The notes below the pieces were generated by a model. That model saw only the letters and a list, made by a program, of their open reading frames with translations. It made no database searches and was not told where the DNA came from. A stretch of DNA of 16,387 bases from positions 1 to 16,387 of the forward strand of contig DAOVHI010000013.1 of assembly GCA_030671985.1 (NCBI GenBank), given 5' to 3'. Of this stretch, positions 9,048 through 16,003 are shown in pieces. Position 1 is the stretch's first letter, and each line of letters begins with the position of its first letter. The stretch comes from a bacterium. GTDB lineage: Bacteria > JAHJDO01. Position numbers and translations under genes: made by a program.

Positions 9048-10135
9048 TAAAAAACAAAGTCAGCATTAGAGAGGCAACCGATAAAGATAGTGAGATATGG
9101 GATGCGTTTGTAAAAGATAATGATGGAAGTTTTTATCAGTGTTACAAGTGGCGTTTTATATACGAGGAGCAGGGATTTAAGACTTTTTATTTAATAGCAA
9201 ATGATGAAGGCGGTATAAAGGGGGTATTCCCGTTTGTGAAGATTCCTATGTTTCTGAACGACAGCATACATTCAATGCCTCTTGGGGGAGCTTCTGGCGG
9301 ACCGTTGAGCAAAAGCACAGAAATTGTAACTGCGTTAGTAGGAAGAATGGACGAAATATGTATTAGGGAAAAGGCAGTATATGCTCACATTCTGGTGAAT
9401 CCATATAAAGATAATACTGAATTAATAAAACATTGTAAGTCCGTAGGATACAACACTAGATATACGCTCGATAAATCACCTCATATTTTTATATTGGACG
9501 CAAAGGATTATGATGTTGCTTGGAAGTCATTTGATAGGATGGTGAGAAAGGCGATGAGAAAAGCAATAAAAGAAGGCGTATCTATAATAAAAAATGACTG
9601 GAATCTTCTAGATGAATATTATTCTATACTGATAGAGAATAGGAAGAAGATTAAAACAAGGATTATGGATAAAAAAATGTTTTACAAGAGATGCAATCTC
9701 TTTCGGGATTGTATCGATTTATATATTGCTGTATACAAAGGCAAGCCTATAGCAGGAATGTATTGTTTTGATTTTAATAACATCAGATATCTTTTTGATA
9801 ATGTTTCTATTTCTAAGTATATGAAATATCGTCCGAATAACCTGCTATATGGCGAGGCAATAAAAGATGGCTGTGAAAAGTCAGATATTGATAGAATCGA
9901 TTTCGGAAGTACTGCTCCGAAATCATCGTATTTTAGATGGAAGAAACAGTATGGAGGAACGCCGGTCCCCCTTCAATATTATGAGAAAACATACAGTCCT
10001 GTGAAAAAGTTTTTAAGGGAGAAGACCGTAAGACCTCGTGTTATAATCAGGAAACTAATATGGAGTAAACTGGTTTCGCAGGAGCAAGTAAATGAAATGT
10101 CGCCAAAAATGCGCAAATTTCTGGAATGGTTCTAA
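9035..10135 (+). CDS. FemAB-family / GNAT-fold acyl- or aminoacyl-transferase (Acetyltransf_6-like).
   Basis: Pattern FYQCYKWRFIYEEQGFKTFYLIANDEGGIKGVFPFVKI plus C-terminal ...LLYGEAIKDGCEKSDIDRIDFGSTAPKSSYFRWKKQYGG matches the FemX/FemAB-like fold organisation. 366 aa. Overlaps the previous gene by 13 nt. Confidence 0.5.
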   Translation: METMIKNKVSIREATDKDSEIWDAFVKDNDGSFYQCYKWRFIYEEQGFKTFYLIANDEGGIKGVFPFVKIPMFLNDSIHSMPLGGASGGPLSKSTEIVTALVGRMDEICIREKAVYAHILVNPYKDNTELIKHCKSVGYNTRYTLDKSPHIFILDAKDYDVAWKSFDRMVRKAMRKAIKEGVSIIKNDWNLLDEYYSILIENRKKIKTRIMDKKMFYKRCNLFRDCIDLYIAVYKGKPIAGMYCFDFNNIRYLFDNVSISKYMKYRPNNLLYGEAIKDGCEKSDIDRIDFGSTAPKSSYFRWKKQYGGTPVPLQYYEKTYSPVKKFLREKTVRPRVIIRKLIWSKLVSQEQVNEMSPKMRKFLEWF

Positions 10136-10165
10136 AGAATTAGATAAAGAAAGGTTGTTTTTTAT

Positions 10166-10876
10166 ATGAAAGCTATAGTATCAATCCCAACGTACAATGA
10201 AGCGAAAAATATAGAAGCTCTTGTTCGTCAAATATTAAAACTGCCAGTCGATATAGGAGTTGTGGTCGTAGATGACAATTCTCCTGATGGAACCGGCAAG
10301 ATTATTGATAGACTTCACCTTGAGTTTCCGGATAGGGTATATCATCTGCACAGAGATAACAAAGCTGGGTTTGCCGCGGCTCATAAAGCAGGGTTGAAAT
10401 ATGCTCTCAAAAATACAGACGCGAAATACATATTAACAATGGATGCGGATTTCTCGCACAATCCCAAATATATCCCTGAAATGCTGGTCAAAATGGAGGA
10501 GTATGATCTGATTATTGGGTCTCGCTATGTCAAAGGTGGGGGAACTAAAAATTGGGGAATAGGTAGAAATTTGCTGAGCAGAGGGGCGAATATGTATGCC
10601 AGAGTAATATTAGGTTTTTGCGCAATGGATTGCACGGGAGGATTTAGGTGTTATAGGAGAGAGGTTGTTGAATATCTTGATGTGGAACAGCTGTATTCAC
10701 GTGGATATGGATATGGAATTGAGACATTATTTAAATGTCAGAGAAAGGGATACAAAATAGGGGAGATTCCCATTATTTTTGTGGATAGAGAATATGGCAA
10801 ATCTAAATTATCGAAAGCAATCGCCGTAGAGTCGTTTTTCCTAGTCTTAAAACTTGGATTTAGAGGAGAAAAGTGA
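10166..10876 (+). CDS. GT2 polyprenyl-phosphate sugar synthase (Dpm1 / GtrB / dolichol-phosphate mannosyltransferase-like, soluble short form).
   Basis: VSIPTYNEAKNIE...VVVDDNSPDGTG...LTMDADFSHNP...IIGSRYVKGGG...GANMYARVILGF...DCTGGFRCYRREVVE...GYGIE...GYKIGEIPIIFVDREYGKSKL is the canonical DPM-synthase signature set. TGA stop overlaps the next gene's GTG start. Confidence 0.85.
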   Translation: MKAIVSIPTYNEAKNIEALVRQILKLPVDIGVVVVDDNSPDGTGKIIDRLHLEFPDRVYHLHRDNKAGFAAAHKAGLKYALKNTDAKYILTMDADFSHNPKYIPEMLVKMEEYDLIIGSRYVKGGGTKNWGIGRNLLSRGANMYARVILGFCAMDCTGGFRCYRREVVEYLDVEQLYSRGYGYGIETLFKCQRKGYKIGEIPIIFVDREYGKSKLSKAIAVESFFLVLKLGFRGEK

Positions 10877-12345
10877 AAATATTATTAATTAATCCTCCAA
10901 GATATGAAGAAAAACTCTATACTCTCAGGGACGAAATATGTTTTCAGAATGTCAAATATGTGCCTTTTCCTCTCAGGCTTGCGCAGATAGGCGGTGTGTT
11001 AAAACCTGTTTCCGATGTTCAGGCTATTGATGCAAATGCGCTTGAGTTAAGTTGGAGAGAACTTGAGGAGCAAATGCCGGAGTGTGATGCCGTGATTTTC
11101 CAATCAGCAGCCGGTCTGATAACTCACGATATGAAGGTGGCGGACATTGCAAAAAAGAAATTTGGAAAAAACGTTAAAACGATTCTTATAGAAACTGTGC
11201 TGGCGCCCATATATCCAGAGCGTATGTTGGATGACTTTACGAATTTAGATATAATTGTAAGAGGACAGCCTGAGGTAATTATACCGGATATAGTTAAAAA
11301 TATGGAATCAAGTCTTAAAGATGTAGGAGGCATAGCGTTTAGAGATACAGATGGAAAGATTGTTGCTACAGACTCTGCCAACATCATGAACTCATTGGAA
11401 GAACTGCCCTTCATGGCATATGATCTATTTCCAATGGACAAATATTCAATTGGCTACTTAGATCTTCCTTTTCACGAAAAACTGGTTCCCGGAATTAGAA
11501 TGAGAACGACAAGGGATTGTCCGTACGCATGTCCTTTCTGTATAATAGGCTCAAGCAAATGGAGAGGATATGACCGTAAATGGAAAGCAATGTCTCCTGA
11601 AAGAGCAATAAATGAGCTGGAGTATGTTGTAGATAAATATAAAATTCATGGATTTTTCTTCTGGGATGAAACCTTTACTCTTGATCAGTCCCGCGCAGAA
11701 AAAATATGTGATGGAATGATAAAAAGAAATCTAAATCTTGAGTGGCGCTGTTTAACTAGAATAGACTGCATTAATAAGAGTCTTCTTGAGAAAATGGCTG
11801 AAGCAGGATGTAAACTCATAGAGTATGGTATAGAATCGGGGGATTCATCAGGCAGGAAGGATATGCAGAAAAATTTCTCAAATCAAGAGGCAGTTAATGT
11901 TATTAAACAAACAAAAGATGTTGGCATAAAGGCAAACTGCGATTTAATAATAGGTATGCCTTGGGATGATAAAAACACACTGCATAGAACATTTGAGCTT
12001 GCAAAGAAACTGGATGCCGATAACATCCATCTCACAATGGCGTTCCCATATCCCAAAACACAGCTTTATGATATAGCAGAGAGAGAAAGCTTGCTTATGG
12101 TAGATGATATTTATAATCTCATGATTGAAAAACGGGTGCGTGTCGGAGCGCATGCCGTTATGCGGACCAGAAGCTTATCATCTGATGAGCTTGAGAAAAC
12201 ATGGAAGAGAATAAGGAAAGGAATTAACAAGTATTATATATTTAAAAATGTCATAAAAAGACCGTCTGTAATTAAGGCTATTTTGAAAAAGCGAGGGTTT
12301 TCTGCGATACTAAAAGGATTGCGGATGCTGGCGAAAAACACGTAA
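10873..12345 (+). CDS. B12-binding-domain radical SAM protein (class-B-like) with canonical CPYACPFC (CxxxCxxC) motif.
   Basis: GTG start with GAGGAG SD upstream. N-terminal B12-binding-like segment (KILLINPP...VQAIDANA). Radical-SAM triad tgt ccg tac gca tgt cct ttc tgt at 11518-11541. GYGIESGDSS motif. 490 aa. Confidence 0.8.
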   Translation: MKILLINPPRYEEKLYTLRDEICFQNVKYVPFPLRLAQIGGVLKPVSDVQAIDANALELSWRELEEQMPECDAVIFQSAAGLITHDMKVADIAKKKFGKNVKTILIETVLAPIYPERMLDDFTNLDIIVRGQPEVIIPDIVKNMESSLKDVGGIAFRDTDGKIVATDSANIMNSLEELPFMAYDLFPMDKYSIGYLDLPFHEKLVPGIRMRTTRDCPYACPFCIIGSSKWRGYDRKWKAMSPERAINELEYVVDKYKIHGFFFWDETFTLDQSRAEKICDGMIKRNLNLEWRCLTRIDCINKSLLEKMAEAGCKLIEYGIESGDSSGRKDMQKNFSNQEAVNVIKQTKDVGIKANCDLIIGMPWDDKNTLHRTFELAKKLDADNIHLTMAFPYPKTQLYDIAERESLLMVDDIYNLMIEKRVRVGAHAVMRTRSLSSDELEKTWKRIRKGINKYYIFKNVIKRPSVIKAILKKRGFSAILKGLRMLAKNT

Positions 12346-12363
12346 CTTATGCAGGAGTCGTAT

Positions 12364-13056
12364 ATGAAACTTTCTATTGTTGTGCCCGTGTATAATGAGA
12401 AAAGCACCATACTTAAGATTATAGAAAAGGTTATAGCTGTCGACGTAGAAAAAGAGATAATAATTGTTGATGACTGTTCTACCGACGGGACGCGCGAGCT
12501 TATAAAAGAAAAATTGGACGGCAAGTATCCTGAAGTAAGGGTCTTTTATCATATCGCAAATCAAGGCAAAGGAGCAGCTCTGCGTACAGGCTTCCAGCAT
12601 GTTAAAGGTGATATTATAACAATCCAGGATGCTGATTTAGAGTATGAGCCTGAGGAAATCAATGACCTGATAAAACCTATTGCCGACGGGTTTGCTGATG
12701 TTGTTTACGGGTCAAGACTGTCTGGCGGAAAGCCTCAACGAATGTATCTTTTTTGGCATTTGGCAGGGAACAAATTCCTAACGCTAATAACAAATTTATT
12801 GTACAACACAACGATTTCCGATATGGAAACATGTTATAAAGTTATGACAAAAGGAGTTCTGGATTCCATTAATTGAAAGTCAAAGAGTTTTAACATAGAG
12901 CCGGAAATTACAGCAAAGATATTTAAGCAGCATTACAGAGTGTATGAGATGCCGATCTCTTATTATGGCAGAGATTATTCAGAAGGCAAGAAGATCTGCT
13001 GGATAGATGGATTTTCTGCGATTTGGACATTGATAAAGTATCGTTTCACGGATTAG
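12364..13056 (+). pseudogene. GT2 family glycosyltransferase (polyprenyl-phosphate-sugar-synthase-like, ~230 aa) interrupted by a single in-frame TGA at 12874-12876. Pseudogene, sequencing error or readthrough.
   Basis: Start at ATG 12364 (AGGAG at 12353-12357). The ORF track extends to 12349. LSIVVPVYNEKSTI...IIVDDCSTDGTRE...IQDADLEYEP...VVYGSRL...SDMETCYKVMTKGVLDSIN-TGA-KSKSFNIEPEITAKIFKQHYRVYEMPISYYGRDYSEGKKICWIDGF. Both halves are in the same frame (12349 and 13054 are both 1 mod 3). The downstream half is clearly the conserved GT2 C-terminus. TAG stop at 13054. Confidence 0.7.
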
Positions 13057-14211
13057 ATGAAAAAACATACCCGTTTACTTAAACTGCTCCTCATAACATT
13101 TCTTTTTTATCTCATTATTATCGGGATTATTGCAAGCCGCTATGATTTTAACCTCAGTTGTTTTATAAATTTTGGAGAAGAAAGTTCTCTAGTTGCAAAA
13201 AAACTAGTTCCTCCAAATTTTGTAATTATGGAAAATACATCCGGATACGACGGACAAGCGTATTATTATGCAGCATCAGATCCTTTTATAAGAACAGACT
13301 TTCACCGTATAGATTTTAAAAAATATCATCGTTTTCTCTATCCATTCTTAGCGCATACACTCGCTTTTGGCGATAAGCGGTTATTACCCTGGACACTTTT
13401 GATTGTTAATATAATTTCGATTCTGGCAGGCACTTTGTTTTTGTCTAAAATTCTCAAAAGACACAACATGAGCGTATGGTATGCTTTAATTTATTCTCTA
13501 GGGATAGGCAATATTGTAGCTTTTCAGTACAATTTAACATCCCCTTTATGCATATGCTTAATACTTGGCGGGATTTATTTTTATGAAGCAAAAAAGATAG
13601 GCTCAACAGCTTTTTTCTTTTCTCTTGCTCTTCTTACGAGAGAAACAGCAGGGCTTATAATATTAGTTTTCTTGCTCTATGAATTTTTTGGGAAAAGGCG
13701 CAGAAACAGTTTTATAATTGCTCTATCTTTCATACCTTTCACTATCCTTCAATTTTTCCTATATCAAAGACTTGGCGAAATACCGCTTCTCGGATCCTCA
13801 GGGCATATAGTCCTGCCCTTTGCCGGAATAATACAAAAGATAGGCAGTATTAACTTGAGCGGCGGAGGCATTAAACACGTTCTTAGAGAAATAAGCGTTA
13901 TCCCTTACTTTTGTTTTGTGATGTTTGTTATTGCTGTTTCCGCAATAAAACTTTCAAAAAACAAGAACATATACAACTGGAACTTATTTATTCAAGCGTT
14001 TATATCAATTTTTTTATGCTTTCCTATCTGGGAGGAATTTGCTGCAATAACACGAACAACATCCGCTATTTTTCCATTTATGATTCTGAGCTATGCAAAG
14101 GACAGAGATAAATTCTCAAAATATCTATTTATCGGAGCAGGGCTTCTCACAATCGCTGCTATTATCAGGATAATCTTCATAAGCCCGACACATCCGTATT
14201 CCCTATCCTGA
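13057..14211 (+). CDS. Polytopic membrane protein, possibly a GT-C-like glycosyltransferase or glycan polymerase/ligase-like protein.
   Basis: 384 aa, ~10 hydrophobic segments. The first loop after TM1 contains SGYDGQAYYYAASDPFIRTD, an acidic/aromatic motif reminiscent of GT-C first-loop catalytic motifs. Start directly abuts the previous stop (TAGATG). TGA stop overlaps the convergent gene by 9 nt. Confidence 0.55.
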   Translation: MKKHTRLLKLLLITFLFYLIIIGIIASRYDFNLSCFINFGEESSLVAKKLVPPNFVIMENTSGYDGQAYYYAASDPFIRTDFHRIDFKKYHRFLYPFLAHTLAFGDKRLLPWTLLIVNIISILAGTLFLSKILKRHNMSVWYALIYSLGIGNIVAFQYNLTSPLCICLILGGIYFYEAKKIGSTAFFFSLALLTRETAGLIILVFLLYEFFGKRRRNSFIIALSFIPFTILQFFLYQRLGEIPLLGSSGHIVLPFAGIIQKIGSINLSGGGIKHVLREISVIPYFCFVMFVIAVSAIKLSKNKNIYNWNLFIQAFISIFLCFPIWEEFAAITRTTSAIFPFMILSYAKDRDKFSKYLFIGAGLLTIAAIIRIIFISPTHPYSLS

Positions 14212-14769
14212 TTTTTTAACTGTTTTTTTTGCCGCAGGTTTTTTCTTCTTCTCTTTAGGTTGTTCTTTCTTTTTCGCAACCTTTTTTATGGGTTTTTTCT
14301 TAACAACTTTCTTTTCTGTTTTTTTTGGCTCTTTCACAGATTTTTCTACTTCTTTAGTTTTTTCCACAACTGGGTTTGCGGCTTCTAATGCTTTCAATAT
14401 GGTATCAAGTTTTCTGTTAAGCTGTTCAAACTCTTTTACAAATTGTTCTGGTTTATTTGGTCCTGAATCTTTCCTGCTGAATCTTCCGGAATCTCTTCCT
14501 TCAGATCTATTATAGCTTCCTCTATCAAATCTTTTTGAATCTCTATCCCTACTACTATATCTATCGGAACTTCCGCCTTTTTCAAAACAATCACTGCAGT
14601 AAACTGGTTTATCTCCTGATGGTTTGAAGGGAACTTCACATTTCTTACCGCATTTATCGCAGATTACTTCATGCATCTGCTTTTCAAAGCTGCGTCTTCC
14701 TGAATCCCTTCCGCCAGATCTTCCTGAATCTCTTTTGCTAAATTTAGCATATCGATCAAAATCTCTCAT
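14203..14769 (-). CDS. Small zinc-ribbon protein (CxxCG...VPFKP...KPVYCxxCF) with RS/RD/SG-rich low-complexity arms and a lysine-rich C-terminal tail. Probable nucleic-acid-binding protein.
   Basis: Perfect SD (taAGGAGGtagtATG; reverse complement of 14767-14783). Motif ICDKCGKKCEVPFKPSGDKPVYCSDCF. Repeated (R/K)DSGR units on both sides of the zinc ribbon. Tail KKTEKKVVKKKPIKKVAKKKEQPKEKKKKPAAKKTVKK. TAG stop. Confidence 0.7.
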   Translation of the reverse strand: MRDFDRYAKFSKRDSGRSGGRDSGRRSFEKQMHEVICDKCGKKCEVPFKPSGDKPVYCSDCFEKGGSSDRYSSRDRDSKRFDRGSYNRSEGRDSGRFSRKDSGPNKPEQFVKEFEQLNRKLDTILKALEAANPVVEKTKEVEKSVKEPKKTEKKVVKKKPIKKVAKKKEQPKEKKKKPAAKKTVKKSG

Positions 14770-14807
14770 ACTACCTCCTTATTAATTATAGATTTCAAAT
14801 TTCGTTT

Positions 14808-14897
14808 TGGCGGAGAGGCCGGGATTCGAACCCGGGGTGGAGTTACCCCCACAACTGCTTAGCAGGCAGCTGCCTTCAGCCACTCGGCCACCTCTCC
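14808..14897 (-). tRNA. tRNA-Ser (anticodon GCU), class II with long variable arm, CCA encoded.
   Basis: Reverse complement reads GGAGAGG-TG-GCC-GAGTGGCTGAA-GGC-A-GCTGC-CTGCTAA-GCAGT-[18-nt variable arm]-CCGGG-TTCGAAT-CCCGG-CCTCTCC-G-CCA. Anticodon loop CU-GCU-AA. 90 nt. Confidence 0.85.
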
Positions 14898-14929
14898 AAA
14901 ATAAATACTATTAGCTTATAACTGTCCAG

Positions 14930-14959
14930 CCAAGAACCGAACTTTATTCTGGTTCTTGG
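14930..14959 (-). other. 9-bp perfect hairpin (ccaagaacc / ggttcttgg, 12-nt loop) between the two tRNA genes. Its stem includes the CCA end of the upstream tRNA.
   Basis: ccaagaacc (14930-14938) and ggttcttgg (14951-14959) are exact reverse complements. 14957-14959 is the CCA of tRNA-Ser(UGA). Confidence 0.4.
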
Positions 14960-15044
14960 CGGAGGGAGTAGGATTTGAACCCACGTTCCGTTGCCGGAAA
15001 ACGGTTTTCAAGACCGCCGCTTTCAGCCACTCAGCCATCCCTCC
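14957..15044 (-). tRNA. tRNA-Ser (anticodon UGA), class II, CCA encoded.
   Basis: Reverse complement reads GGAGGGA-TG-GCT-GAGTGGCTGAA-AGC-G-GCGGT-CTTGAAA-ACCGT-[variable arm]-...TTCAAAT...-TCCCTCC-G-CCA. Anticodon loop CU-UGA-AA. 88 nt. Its 5' end lies 5 nt after the hflC stop. Confidence 0.85.
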
Positions 15045-15049
15045 AATTT

Positions 15050-16003
15050 TTATTTAACAGGTTTCAGTCCTTTCAGATACTTGTAATAATCACTATCCGT
15101 TGTAAGGATTATTGTGCTGTTCTCATCAATGGTCTTTCTGTATGTCTCAAGCGTTTTTAAGAATGAATAAAACTCCGGATCCTGATTGTATGCTCCTGCA
15201 TAGATGCCTATCACTTCAGCATCCGCCTTGCCTTTTAACCCCTCAGCTTGTCTATACGCCTCAGATGTAATTAGTTTAAGCTCCTTTCCTCTCTGTCCGT
15301 CTATTTCAGCGCGTCGCCCCTGTCCTTCAGAACGATATTGTTCAGCAGCGCGTTTTCTCTCGGAAATCATTCGATCATAGACCTTTCTTCTTACATCTTT
15401 TACATAATTGATCCGCTTAATTCTCACATCAACAAGTTCTATGCCATACTTTGGAGCAAGTTCTTTTGCATCGTGTAAGATTATCTTCTCCAATTTGTTC
15501 CGGCCTACTTCTATACGTTCAAGGGCTTCGTCAGTAATTATTACGTCTTTTCCCACTTCTTTTGCCTCTTCTACAATGCGATTGGAATTTCTTACTGTCT
15601 CAACAAGGAGATGCCTTGTAACGGTATCTCTGGTCGCAGAATTGATAATATCGTCAAGTCTCGCATGTGCCCCCATCTCATTATTCACTGACTGCAGAAA
15701 TTTCAATGCGTCAACAATTTTCCAACGCGCAGTAGTGTCAACCCAGATATACTTCTTATCATTGGTCGGAATCTGATTGGGGTCGCCGTCCCACTCAAGA
15801 AGCCGTTTCTCAAAGTAACGCGCCTTCTGAATAAATGGTTTTTTAAAGTGTAGTCCTGCGGTTGCAATTGGATTACCAACAGGTTTGCCGAATTGTGTTA
15901 TCACAACCTGTTTGGTCTCATCCACAACGTACACCACTCCGCTCATAGCTATAACTATTATTAAGATAATTAAGCCAATAAATACATTCAAAAGTTTTTT
16001 CAT
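15050..16003 (-). CDS. hflC: HflC (SPFH/band-7 family protease modulator).
   Basis: 317 aa. N-terminal TM (FIGLIILIIVIAMSGVVYVV) followed by an SPFH domain (ITQFGKP...LHFKKPFIQKARYFEKRLLEWDG...). Coiled-coil middle region (ERKRAAEQYRSEGQGRRAEIDGQRGKE). ATG overlaps the hflK stop (TAATG). Confidence 0.85.
   Translation of the reverse strand: MKKLLNVFIGLIILIIVIAMSGVVYVVDETKQVVITQFGKPVGNPIATAGLHFKKPFIQKARYFEKRLLEWDGDPNQIPTNDKKYIWVDTTARWKIVDALKFLQSVNNEMGAHARLDDIINSATRDTVTRHLLVETVRNSNRIVEEAKEVGKDVIITDEALERIEVGRNKLEKIILHDAKELAPKYGIELVDVRIKRINYVKDVRRKVYDRMISERKRAAEQYRSEGQGRRAEIDGQRGKELKLITSEAYRQAEGLKGKADAEVIGIYAGAYNQDPEFYSFLKTLETYRKTIDENSTIILTTDSDYYKYLKGLKPVK

Noticed and set aside
12874-12876. Possibility that TGA is recoded (code 4/25, as in some CPR lineages) or encodes selenocysteine in the GT2 gene.
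   Set aside because: TGA terminates three well-defined genes in the window (8160-9047, 10166-10876, 13057-14211). No other long ORF contains an internal TGA. I could not see a SECIS-like stem-loop downstream. GT2 enzymes are not known selenoproteins.
13057-14211. Is the 384-aa membrane protein an oligosaccharyltransferase (PglB/AglB/STT3)? The YDGQAYYYAASD loop superficially resembles the DGYAFAEGARD loop of PglB.
   Set aside because: The protein is far too short. It lacks the large periplasmic domain and the WWDYG motif. Only a generic GT-C-like assignment is defensible.
14482-14731. Short degenerate DNA repeats (cttcctgaatc[ct]c) on the + strand.
   Set aside because: They are the antisense image of the RDSGR peptide repeats of the zinc-ribbon protein and are not an independent repeat element.
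161-15776. Short ORFs in the six-frame track (161-412, 353-553, 1022-1219, 1364-1606, 2646-2870, 3275-3466, 5565-5810, 6678-6890, 7363-7557, 8412-8837, 11124-11441, 11944-12153, 12234-12600, 13911-14111, 14091-14279, 14288-14639, 14975-15160, 15408-15776).
   Set aside because: All lie inside or antisense to longer ORFs with clear protein-family signatures. They have low-complexity or skewed composition and no SD, so they are reading-frame shadows in AT-rich DNA.
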